This document shows positions 1 through 7,625 of a stretch of 32,000 nucleotides of DNA, piece after piece. The stretch comes from Propionibacterium freudenreichii subsp. freudenreichii (GTDB taxonomy: Bacteria > Actinomycetota > Actinomycetes > Propionibacteriales > Propionibacteriaceae), in assembly GCF_000940845.1 (NCBI RefSeq), contig NZ_CP010341.1, forward strand, positions 120,001 to 152,000, written 5' to 3'. Both the position numbers and the translations under genes were made by a program. A model generated the notes under the pieces. The model was not told the DNA's origin. It was given only the letters and a program-made list of their open reading frames with translations, and searched no databases. Each line of letters opens with the position of its first letter. Position 1 is the stretch's first letter.

Positions 1-288
1 AATGCACGCTGGACCGAGATGGCCAATGCGGCCCAGAAGATCTCTGACGAGGCTCCCGACCAGGGTGCCAAGGACGCATGGAAGAAGTACGCCGACGCCA
101 CCAACGCGGTGAACAACGCCATTGGTCCGGTCAGCAATCCTGATGACGTGGCCAAGAAGCTCAATGACCAGGGCTTCGCCACCGCCTTCAACAACTTCAA
201 CAACTCCTGGAACGACCTGGTGAAGAACTACAAGGACGCGATCGCTGGATCGTGCTCCGTCACCCTCGTCGGCCAGGCAACTGCATAA
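1..288 (+). CDS. hypothetical protein, 3' end only (5' end lies outside the window)
   Basis: Frame 1 is open from nt 1 to TAA at 286-288; ORF 19-288 is the in-window part. The product is Asn/Ala/Lys/Asp-rich and I recognise no family by eye. A strong hairpin follows at 317-355. Confidence 0.45.
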   Translation, partial: NARWTEMANAAQKISDEAPDQGAKDAWKKYADATNAVNNAIGPVSNPDDVAKKLNDQGFATAFNNFNNSWNDLVKNYKDAIAGSCSVTLVGQATA

Positions 289-316
289 GCACCTGTTGAG
301 CCCAGCTCAATCCTGA

Positions 317-355
317 GGTTCGGCCCGCCATCCTTCGTGGATGGCGGGCCGAACC
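317..355 (+). terminator. stem-loop terminator candidate after the partial upstream gene
   Basis: Perfect 17-bp arms: GGTTCGGCCCGCCATCC (317-333) and GGATGGCGGGCCGAACC (339-355), with a 5-nt loop. There is no clear T-tract, which is common in high-GC actinobacteria. Confidence 0.6.
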
Positions 356-507
356 CGTTCGCTGGCCATCGGCTCCCGATGCGAGGACGCGCCCGCGTCG
401 GCACCCGGGTCGGCAGGTGGGTTGCGGCACTGCGGACTTCGCAGGCATCCGGGGCAGGCCATGGATACCCGGGCCTGACATTTCCGGGCGAGCGAGTACG
501 CACCCAC

Positions 508-513
508 TAGGCT
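508..513 (+). promoter_or_regulatory. possible -10 hexamer (TAGGCT) implying a leaderless nfo transcript
   Basis: TAGGCT fits the actinobacterial TANNNT pattern and ends 6 nt before the A of the nfo ATG at 520. No SD-like purine run lies between them and no convincing -35 is present. Confidence 0.25.
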
Positions 514-519
514 CGACGC

Positions 520-1323
520 ATGGCGCTATTGATCGGATCGCACGTAGAGCAGGAAGACCCCATCGCGGGGGCAAGGGTGCATGGCGCCGAGATTGCGCAG
601 ATCTCCCTGGGCGATCCACGAAGTTGGAAGGGCCCGGTGGTGGAGTTCCCCGGCGGGGCACCGGCGCTGCGCGAGGCCGCGCAGCAGGCGAACCTGCCGC
701 TGGTGGTGCACGCCCCCTTCGTGATCAACGTGGCCAGCACCAACAACCGCATCCGCATTCCGAGCCGCAAGCTGCTGCAGAAGCACGTCGATGCAGCCGC
801 CGAGATCGGAGCCCTCGGGGTGGTGATCCACGGCGGGCATGTGGTCAAGGATGCCGATCCGGCCGATGGCTTCGCGCACTGGCACAAGGCGGTGGACGGC
901 CTGGACGCCAAGGTGCCGATCTTCATTGAGAACACCGCCGGGGGACAGCACGCGATGGCGTGCACGCTCGAGGCGATCGAAAGGCTGTGGGATTCCATCT
1001 CCACCGCCGCGGCCTTTGCGCAGGTCGGCTTCTGCCTGGACACCTGCCACGCCCACGCCGCCGGCCTGGAACTGCACGGACTGGTCGACCGCATCAAGGC
1101 GATCACCGGCCGCATCGACCTGGTGCACGCCAACGACTCGCGTGATGCCTTCGGCTCGGGTGCCGATCGTCACGCCAACCTGGGCAAGGGCAAGGCTGAT
1201 GCCGCCGGCATCGTCGAGGTGGTGGCCACCTCCGGTGCCCCCGCCGTCGTGGAGACGCCTGGTGGCGCCGAGGACCAAGCAGCCGACATCGTGTGGCTGC
1301 GGGACAGGATTGCACAACTATGA
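520..1323 (+). CDS. nfo: deoxyribonuclease IV / AP endonuclease family 2 (endonuclease IV)
   Basis: The 267-aa ORF carries endonuclease IV hallmarks: HAPFVINVAS, VIHGG, IENTAGG and CLDTCHAHAAG metal-ligand motifs. Its length is typical for the family. Confidence 0.9.
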   Translation: MALLIGSHVEQEDPIAGARVHGAEIAQISLGDPRSWKGPVVEFPGGAPALREAAQQANLPLVVHAPFVINVASTNNRIRIPSRKLLQKHVDAAAEIGALGVVIHGGHVVKDADPADGFAHWHKAVDGLDAKVPIFIENTAGGQHAMACTLEAIERLWDSISTAAAFAQVGFCLDTCHAHAAGLELHGLVDRIKAITGRIDLVHANDSRDAFGSGADRHANLGKGKADAAGIVEVVATSGAPAVVETPGGAEDQAADIVWLRDRIAQL

Positions 1324-3326
1324 CCGATCTTCGCGAACTGCCGTCACAGCCATTGGCGGTCGAGCCGGCGCACGTCGGCCTGATGGTGAAGGCGAGTGTG
1401 CAGGCCTTCGGTGACCGTCCCGCCACGCGCGTGCTGGTGGGCAAGCGATGGGTGGTGGCCAGCTACCGCGAGCTCGACGCCCGCGCCATGCAGATCGCCG
1501 CGGCGCTCATGTACTCCGGTGTCGAGAAGGGCGACCGGGTGGGTTTCTACTCGCGCAATCGCCCCGAATGGACCCAGGTTGACCTGGCGTGCCAGTTCAT
1601 CGGCGCCGTCTCGGTGCCCATCTACGCCACCGACACCGTCGATGAGGTGGTGTACATCGCCAATGACTGCGGCATGGTGGTGGCGTTTGCCGGACGCGCC
1701 GACGAGGCCGAGCGGATGGGCCAGGCGTCCGAACGCATCCCGAGCCTGCGCCGGGTGATCAGCTTCGACAGCTGCCCGCGCACCGATGTCACCTGGCTCG
1801 AATACTTTGCGCCGAGCGATCGCCCGGTGCCCGAGCAGGTGGTCTCGCGCATCAACGCCCGACTCAACAAGGCCAGCGGCGACGACCTCTTCTCGATCAT
1901 CTACACCTCCGGCACCACGGGCGCCCCGAAGGGCGTCAAGCTGGCGCACCGGGCCATCATGTCGGAGCTGGGTGCCCTGCACCGCAGCTTCCCGATCAGC
2001 ACCCGCGACCATTCACTGTGCTTCCTGCCGCTGTCGCATGCCCTGGAGCGCGGCTGGACCTGCTACCTGTGGGCGCACGGCTGCATGAACACCTATGTGG
2101 TGGACACCCGCAACGTCGGCGAGATGATGCGCCGGGCGCGTCCGACACTGATGGTTGCGGTGCCCAAGCTGTTCGAGACCGTGCTCGCCGAGGTGCACAA
2201 GGCGTCGGCGGTCACGCCACGACGCAAGCGCATCCTGCAGTGGGCGGTCAGCGTGGGCCAGCACCTGCAGTTCGACTACCGGCAGGGCCGCAAGCCCCTG
2301 CTGTTCTGGCGCGCCCAGCTACCGCTGGCCGATCGCCTGGTGCTGCGCAAGATCCGGGAGGCCATGGGCGGCCAGAAGACGATGCTGGTCAGCGGCGGGG
2401 CACCCCTGCGTCGCGAGACCGAACTGTTCTTCGGGGCGGCCGGGCTGCAGATCCTCAACGGTTATGGCATGACCGAGGCGGCGCCGCTCATCTCGTACAA
2501 CACGCACAGTGCGTACCGGGTGGGCAGCGTGGGACGCGTGATGCCCGGCGGGCGCATCAAGCTCGGCGACAAGCACGAGATCCTCTACCAGGGCCCCAAT
2601 GTGATGGACGGCTACTGGGACAACGAAGAGGCAACCCGCGAGGCCTTCCTCACCGATGACGAGGGCACCTGGCTGCGCACCGGCGACGTGGGACGCATCG
2701 ACCGTCGCGGCTTCCTGTTCGTCACCGACCGGCTGAAGGACATCATCGTCACCGAGGGCGGCAAGAACATCTCGCCCCAGCCGATCGAAGAGCTGTTGCA
2801 GTCCGATCCGATGTTCGAACACGTGGTGGTGCTGGGCGACAACCGACCCTTCCTCACGCTGCTGGTGCAGCCGTCGATGGCCAACCTGCAGAAGCTGGCC
2901 GAGGCATTGCACATCGACTACGGGCATGTCAGTGAGCTGTTCAACAACCAGAACATCCTCGATGAGATCAAGAAGAGCGCGGAGGCGTTGACCAAGAACC
3001 TGCCGAAGTACCAGCAGTTCCGTGACCTGCGGATGAGCAGTGAGGGGTTCAGCATCGCCAACGGCCTGCTGACGCCGACGCTCAAGGTGAAGCGCCGTGA
3101 GGTGGAGCTTCGCTTCCGCGGGCTGATCGACGAGATGTACACCAAGATCGGCCTGCACCATGATCCCAAGTCCGCCTCCGGCAGGGACCCCAAATCTGCC
3201 TCCGGCAGGGATTCTCGGTCTGCCTCCGGCAGGGATTCAGGGACGGCCTCGGGCGGGGACCGCGGGCGCACCCACGGGCAGGCCCCCCGGTCCACCCGCG
3301 GCGGGGATTCGCCCACCGCGCGCTGA
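1320..3326 (+). CDS. fadD: long-chain fatty-acid--CoA ligase (AMP-forming; FadD15-like) with a repeat-containing C-terminal tail
   Basis: The ORF has the AMP-binding signature IIYTSGTTGAPKGV, GYGMTE, and the TGD...D-R-KD motif (TGDVGRIDRRGFLFVTDRLKDIIV). I chose the ATG at 1320 (MTDLRELP) because it forms an ATGA overlap with the nfo stop at 1321-1323; the track ORF begins at 1293. Confidence 0.9.
   Translation: MTDLRELPSQPLAVEPAHVGLMVKASVQAFGDRPATRVLVGKRWVVASYRELDARAMQIAAALMYSGVEKGDRVGFYSRNRPEWTQVDLACQFIGAVSVPIYATDTVDEVVYIANDCGMVVAFAGRADEAERMGQASERIPSLRRVISFDSCPRTDVTWLEYFAPSDRPVPEQVVSRINARLNKASGDDLFSIIYTSGTTGAPKGVKLAHRAIMSELGALHRSFPISTRDHSLCFLPLSHALERGWTCYLWAHGCMNTYVVDTRNVGEMMRRARPTLMVAVPKLFETVLAEVHKASAVTPRRKRILQWAVSVGQHLQFDYRQGRKPLLFWRAQLPLADRLVLRKIREAMGGQKTMLVSGGAPLRRETELFFGAAGLQILNGYGMTEAAPLISYNTHSAYRVGSVGRVMPGGRIKLGDKHEILYQGPNVMDGYWDNEEATREAFLTDDEGTWLRTGDVGRIDRRGFLFVTDRLKDIIVTEGGKNISPQPIEELLQSDPMFEHVVVLGDNRPFLTLLVQPSMANLQKLAEALHIDYGHVSELFNNQNILDEIKKSAEALTKNLPKYQQFRDLRMSSEGFSIANGLLTPTLKVKRREVELRFRGLIDEMYTKIGLHHDPKSASGRDPKSASGRDSRSASGRDSGTASGGDRGRTHGQAPRSTRGGDSPTAR
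3162..3257 (+). repeat. 24-bp imperfect tandem repeat x4 inside the fadD 3' end (encodes DPKSASGR-like octapeptides)
   Basis: The units are 3162-3185, 3186-3209, 3210-3233 and 3234-3257. All are in frame and translate as DPKSASGR / DPKSASGR / DSRSASGR / DSGTASGG. Confidence 0.9.
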
Positions 3327-3365
3327 GCGCTGGCGGCCGCCGCGGGCGTCCCGATGCGCCCCCAC

Positions 3366-4739
3366 TCAGGGTGATTCGGGCAACGCCCGGCCGTGCATGG
3401 CGAAGTCCTCCTCCAGCTGCTCCAGGGAGCGTCCCTTGGTCTCGGGGATGAACTTCAGGTAGAAGAAGATCGTCGCGAAGTTGATGGCGGCGAAGATGAA
3501 GAACAGGTTCCCGCCCAGCGCGGCCTCCAGCGGCGGGAAGAGCGAGGCGACCAGGAAGTTGGCCATCCAGTTGGCGATCACCGCCAGGCCCATCGCCATG
3601 CCGCGGATGCGCAGCGGGAAGATCTCGGCCAGCATCAGCCAGAAGATCACCGCCACGAAGCCCTGCATGAAGAACAGGAACAGCATCATGAAGGCCAACA
3701 CCAGGTAGGCGCGGGTGGGCCCCGGTGCGATCACGGTGAACATGGCGCCTATCAGCGCCAGCGCACAGGTGACGCCGATCTGTCCGATCAGCAGCATCGG
3801 GCGTCGTCGGAACCGCGGCAGCAGCACGATCGACCCGAAGGCCACCGAGCAGACTGCCACCACGCCGTTGCCGATGGTGGCCACCAGCGCGGCGTTGGTG
3901 CCCAGGCCGGTGTCGATGAGGATCATCGGGGCGTAGTACATCACCGAGTTCACGCCGGTCATCTGCGACAGGAAGGCCAACGCGATGCCGATCAGCGTGA
4001 TGCGCCGCATCCAGGGCACGCGCAGGTCGTCGAAGAAGCTTGTGGACGCCTCCCTGCGCGTCCACTGCACGTGCTTCTCCAGGGCATTGAGCTCCTCGCT
4101 CACGTCGTCGTCATGGCGCAGCTGCCACAACACCTTCTCGGCGTCGTCGCGACGTCCCTTCGACACCAGCCAACGCGGCGATTCGGTGAGGTGGAAGGTG
4201 CCGAAGAACAGGGCCAGCGCCGGCAGGGTGCACAGCACCAGCATGAAGCGCCACGCGTGCGGATGGCCGGGGAAGACGTTGGCGATTACCGCATTGGTCG
4301 TATAGGCGAGCAGCTGGCCGGTGACGATCGTCAGCTCGTTGCGCGCCACCAGGGTGCCGCGGATGTGGGTGGGCGCCAGCTCGCCGATGAACACCGGCAC
4401 CGTGGCGGACGCGCCGCCCACGGCCAGTCCCAGGATGAAGCGGAAGATCACCATCACGGCGGCCGTCGGCGCCAGCGACGTGCCCAGCGCGCCGATGATG
4501 AACAGCGCGGCGAGCACCAGCAGGGTCTTCTTGCGGCCATTGCGGTCGGCAAGTCCGCCCGACAGGATGCCGCCGAACGCCGCTCCCAGCACCAGCGATG
4601 AGGTGACCCAGCCGACCATGTTCGGGCTCAGTGCCAGGCCGCCGTCGGCGGTGGGCAGCTTGAGGAAGGGGATGGCCCCCGAGATCACGCCGGTGTCGAA
4701 GCCGAAGGCCAGTGCGCCCATCGTGGCCACCAGCACCAC
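3366..4739 (-). CDS. MFS transporter, sugar porter family (sugar or inositol:H+ symporter-like)
   Basis: The 457-aa ORF has sugar-porter motifs: GFDTGVISGA, DRNGRKK, PESPRWL and PETKG, with about 12 hydrophobic segments. The only in-frame start is GTG at 4739, which clips TM1. The true 5' end is probably further upstream but out of frame (see feature 4740-4993). Confidence 0.85.
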   Translation of the reverse strand: MVLVATMGALAFGFDTGVISGAIPFLKLPTADGGLALSPNMVGWVTSSLVLGAAFGGILSGGLADRNGRKKTLLVLAALFIIGALGTSLAPTAAVMVIFRFILGLAVGGASATVPVFIGELAPTHIRGTLVARNELTIVTGQLLAYTTNAVIANVFPGHPHAWRFMLVLCTLPALALFFGTFHLTESPRWLVSKGRRDDAEKVLWQLRHDDDVSEELNALEKHVQWTRREASTSFFDDLRVPWMRRITLIGIALAFLSQMTGVNSVMYYAPMILIDTGLGTNAALVATIGNGVVAVCSVAFGSIVLLPRFRRRPMLLIGQIGVTCALALIGAMFTVIAPGPTRAYLVLAFMMLFLFFMQGFVAVIFWLMLAEIFPLRIRGMAMGLAVIANWMANFLVASLFPPLEAALGGNLFFIFAAINFATIFFYLKFIPETKGRSLEQLEEDFAMHGRALPESP

Positions 4740-4993
4740 GCCGTTGATGTTCTTCTTCTTGAGCCCGGCATGGCCCGGTTGGCCCGCGGCCTGACCCGGG
4801 GCGGACGAGGGAGCTGCGTCGGCCGGCGGCCTTCCGGACGAGGGGGCCGGGGAGGTGCCGGCGGACGCGTCGGTGGAGCTGACGGGGTTGGGCGTCCCGG
4901 TGTTGGGGTCTCGGGGTTGGGTGCCTCGGTCTTGGCGGGTGCGGCGGTGTTGGCAGGTACTTCGGTGGGAATGGGATCGAGCTCAGTGCTCAT
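4740..4993 (-). other. probable original 5' end of the MFS gene, now split between two reading frames
   Basis: The ATG at 4993 is preceded by AGGAG with 7-nt spacing and opens MSTELDPIPTEVPANTAAPAKTEAPNPETPTPG. The transporter frame is open upstream to about 4985 and reads TPNPVSSTDASAGTSPAPSSGRPPADAAPSSAPGQAAGQPGHAGLKKKNING straight into VVLVATMG. A single-nucleotide frame change near 4885-4920 would join the two. Confidence 0.55.
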
Positions 4994-5010
4994 GGTGCAA
5001 CTCCTGGCAG

Positions 5011-5022
5011 GTCATCGTTGAC
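5011..5022. promoter_or_regulatory. candidate operator (imperfect palindrome GTCATCGTTGAC) just upstream of the MFS SD
   Basis: This is a 12-nt palindrome around a central CG with one mismatched pair. It lies about 20-30 nt upstream of the ATG at 4993 on the minus strand. It shares a GTCAACG core with 6216-6228, which is next to the LacI gene. Confidence 0.35.
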
Positions 5023-5118
5023 GGAAAGGGAGCCGTGATGGTGGTCTTCGGGGCGGCATCCGCCGGGCGGTGATGCCGTGGCGGGCCCCGGCGGTCGGGG
5101 ATGTTTGCGCGGGTGTTT

Positions 5119-5140
5119 AGTGGGTGCTCAGTGGGTGCTC
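5119..5140. repeat. 11-bp perfect tandem duplication overlapping the hyi stop codon
   Basis: AGTGGGTGCTC occurs at 5119-5129 and 5130-5140. On the minus strand this reads TGAGCACCCAC TGAGCACCCAC TAA, which places a stop codon in all three frames. Confidence 0.85.
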
Positions 5141-5936
5141 AGCCGGCGGGTGTGAAGGCGTCGATGAACGCGTCCAGTGCCCGGTCGGGATCACCGGAGG
5201 CCCAGGCCTCCATGGCGACCACGCCGGTGTAGCCCATCTGTTGCAGGGCGACCGCGATCCTTGGGTAGTTGATCTCCCCGGTCCCCGGTTCGCAGCGTCC
5301 GGGCACGTCGGCCACCTGGATCTCGCCGATCCAGGGCAGGCACTGCCGGCAGGTCTCGATGAGTTGCCCGTCACCGATCTGGGCGTGGTAGAGGTCGAGG
5401 TTCATCCTCAGGGCCGGCGAATCGATGGCCGACACCAGCGCGCGGGTGTCGTCGGGATGGCTGAAGGGGGTGCCGGGATGGTCGACGGGCAGGTTGAGGT
5501 TCTCCATGGTGAACACCACCGAGGCGTCGGCGCCCAGTCGGGCGAGTTCCTGCAGGGTCAGGGTGGCCCGGGCCCACATGGCGCCGGTGACGTGCTCGAC
5601 GGGTGTGACGGGCAGGCCCTGGTCGCCCAGGCCGGTGCCGTGGAAGTTCAGGCGGCCCACTCCCAGGGTGTGGGCGACCTCGATGGACGCCCTGGCCGAT
5701 TCGAGGAAGTCATGGCGTCCGGTGTCGGTCACCAGGTCACCGGTGAGGTAGCCGGTCATGGACCCGATGTCGGCGCCGGTGGCCGCCAGCGCGGTCAGGT
5801 CCTTGTCGGGGGCGTTCCAGTTCCACATCTCCACTTGCAGGCCGCGCGCGGCGATGCGCTCGACCCGCTCGACGAACGGCAGGTCGAGATAGACCATCTC
5901 AGCACACGCCGCCAACGTGAACGGGCTCGCGGTCAT
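5139..5936 (-). CDS. hyi: hydroxypyruvate isomerase family protein (xylose isomerase-like TIM barrel)
   Basis: The C-terminal block LDLYHAQIGDGQL...IGEIQVADVPGRCEPGTGEINYP matches the Hyi/OtnI family signature (YH-Q, IQ-AD-PGR-EPGTGEINY). I chose the start at ATG 5936 (MTASPFTLAACAEMVY); the track ORF extends to 6140 through Arg/Pro-rich sequence that looks non-coding. Confidence 0.85.
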   Translation of the reverse strand: MTASPFTLAACAEMVYLDLPFVERVERIAARGLQVEMWNWNAPDKDLTALAATGADIGSMTGYLTGDLVTDTGRHDFLESARASIEVAHTLGVGRLNFHGTGLGDQGLPVTPVEHVTGAMWARATLTLQELARLGADASVVFTMENLNLPVDHPGTPFSHPDDTRALVSAIDSPALRMNLDLYHAQIGDGQLIETCRQCLPWIGEIQVADVPGRCEPGTGEINYPRIAVALQQMGYTGVVAMEAWASGDPDRALDAFIDAFTPAG

Positions 5937-6157
5937 GAGCGGGCCCCCTGTCCGTGGCGGTGCGCTGGAGGTGCGGACGGCGTCGTCCGCGGGGGCTGCG
6001 TCGGGGTCTGGAATGTCATGGATGGTGCCCACTTCCTTGTCGGGCTGCAGGCAGGGGGCCCGTCGTTGGGTTCCCCGGCCTGCCGGCGGTGCCCTGCGGG
6101 GATCGCGGTCGGGATGGCGACCGGGTTCCTGCGCGGGCAATGTGTGTGCGAGAGTGG

Positions 6158-6206
6158 CCTACTAGTTCGTACTAGTAGTACGTGGTTATGATTGTAAGAA
6201 CAATCG
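6158..6206. promoter_or_regulatory. AT-rich symmetric island at the centre of the hyi/lacI divergent region (probable promoters and operators)
   Basis: TACTAGT is repeated at 6160-6166 and 6170-6176. There is an inverted repeat CGTACT-N3-AGTACG at 6168-6182 and another, GATTGT-N4-ACAATC, at 6190-6205. A TATGAT -10-like hexamer sits at 6187-6192. This is the only AT-rich patch in the 491-nt intergenic region. Confidence 0.4.
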
Positions 6207-6215
6207 TCGTCGGCT

Positions 6216-6228
6216 GTCAACGGTCAAC
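6216..6228. promoter_or_regulatory. tandem GTCAAC(G/C) motif upstream of the LacI-family gene
   Basis: The sequence GTCAACGGTCAAC shares the GTCAACG core with the palindrome at 5011-5022, upstream of the adjacent transporter. Confidence 0.25.
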
Positions 6229-6427
6229 CGCCCATGGGACAGGTGCCGGGGAGATCCGGTTCGCAGGCGGGCCGGCCCTCCCGGGGCTCGACCAGCAGGG
6301 TTGTGGCGTCCGTGGGCACCCTCCGGTCCCGGGATCGGGCCCCGGGAGCCGTCGGCAACCGGTTGAATGGATCCGCGCACCGGGCGCGGGGTGTCGTGGC
6401 CGGCAGGGACGTTGGGAGGCAGTGCTC

Positions 6428-7450
6428 ATGAGCGGCTCATCAATGGGGCGTCGACCCACGATGCGCGATGTGGCCAGGGCGGCCGGCGTCTCGCAGTCGC
6501 TGGTGTCCATCGTCTTCCGGGGCGCTCCCGGTGCCGGCGCCCAGACCCGCGACCGCGTGCTCGCAGCCGCCCGCGAGCTCGGCTATGTGCGCGACGAGAG
6601 TGCGCGCTCGCTGCGCGCCAGCCAATCCACCAGCATCGGGGTGTGCTTCCAGACGCGCCAGCCCTTCCACCACGTGCTGTTGGACGGGATGTACGCCCAT
6701 ACGGCCGGCACGAGCCATCCCCTGGTGTTGTCGGCCGTCTCCGATGCCCGTGACGAGGCGACCGCCATCAGGGGCCTGTTGGCCTACCGTTGCGGGGCGC
6801 TGGTGTTGCTGGGGCCGCGCGGCGACGAGCAGTCCCTGTCGGCGTTGGCGGGGGATACGCCGGTGGTAGTGGTGGGCCGGCGCGTGGACGACCGCAGTAT
6901 CGACTGGGTCACCTCCGATGATGGGCTGGGCATGGACCAGGCCGTCACCCACCTGCGCACGCTGGGCCATCGGCGCGTGCTCTACCTGTCGTGCTCCCGG
7001 GCGGCGGGCGGACCGGACCGCCTGCAGGCCTTCCATGATGCGGCGGCTGCCAATGGCATCAGTCGGTCGGTCACCGTGGCCGAGGGTGAGATGACCGAGC
7101 AGCGCGGGGCGCGGGCGGCGGAGCGGCTGCTGGCGGGGTCGATAGTGCCGACGGCCGTGATCGCCTTCAACGATCGGGTGGCGCTCGGCCTCATGGAGGT
7201 GCTGATCCGTCGCGGCGTCGCCGTGCCGAAGGATCTCTCGGTGGTCGGCTTCGACGACTCCGAGATCGCCCAGCGCGATCCGGTGTTGATGACCTCCGTG
7301 CACCAGGACGCCGAGAGCTTGGCCCGGATAGCCGTCGAGCGGGCCAGCCAGCGCATCCATCCGAGCAGCCCGCCCACTGATCCGCACGGCACCCTGGTGC
7401 CCACCCACCTGGTGGTGCGTTCAACCAGCGGCGAGGCGCCGCGCCGCTGA
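6428..7450 (+). CDS. LacI family transcriptional regulator
   Basis: The N-terminal HTH reads PTMRDVARAAGVSQSLVSIVFRG...TRDRVLAAARELGYVRDESARSLR and is followed by a periplasmic-binding-protein-like sugar-binding fold (VVGFDD). I chose the ATG at 6428, which is preceded by GGGAGG 8 nt upstream; the track ORF begins at 6182. Confidence 0.9.
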   Translation: MSGSSMGRRPTMRDVARAAGVSQSLVSIVFRGAPGAGAQTRDRVLAAARELGYVRDESARSLRASQSTSIGVCFQTRQPFHHVLLDGMYAHTAGTSHPLVLSAVSDARDEATAIRGLLAYRCGALVLLGPRGDEQSLSALAGDTPVVVVGRRVDDRSIDWVTSDDGLGMDQAVTHLRTLGHRRVLYLSCSRAAGGPDRLQAFHDAAAANGISRSVTVAEGEMTEQRGARAAERLLAGSIVPTAVIAFNDRVALGLMEVLIRRGVAVPKDLSVVGFDDSEIAQRDPVLMTSVHQDAESLARIAVERASQRIHPSSPPTDPHGTLVPTHLVVRSTSGEAPRR

Positions 7451-7511
7451 CTTGCTCGTTGGGCGAGCTGCCCGTTCGGTGGGTGGCCATGCTGTGGGCC
7501 GGCATGCAGTG

Positions 7512-7625
7512 GGTCGGCACTGGACAGGTCGACGTTGGGCAGGTCGGCGTTGGGCGGGTCGGCGTTGGGCGGGTCGGCGTTGGGTGGGTCGGCGTTGGGC
7601 GGGTCGGCGTTGGGTGGGTCGGCGA
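7512..7625. repeat. 15-bp tandem repeat array (GGTCGGCGTTGGGCG), about 7.6 copies, intergenic
   Basis: Units start at 7527, 7542, 7557, 7572, 7587 and 7602, with a partial unit at 7617 and a degenerate unit at 7512. Only C/T variants occur at unit position 14. The unit length is a multiple of 3, so all six frames stay open across the array. Confidence 0.95.

Noticed and set aside
3082-4601. ORFs 3082-4065 (minus strand) and 3393-4601 (plus strand) overlapping the MFS transporter
   Set aside because: These are alternative or antisense frames of a clear sugar-porter gene, with Arg/His/Gly/Asp-rich products.
5124-6191. 355-aa plus-strand ORF opposite hyi, and the 5' extension of the hyi ORF to 6140
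   Set aside because: It is antisense to a well-supported Hyi-family gene. The upstream extension is Arg/Pro-rich and precedes a well-placed ATG at 5936, where homology begins.
7512-7625. CRISPR array
   Set aside because: The 15-bp units are directly abutting with no spacers, they are much shorter than CRISPR repeats, and no cas genes are nearby.
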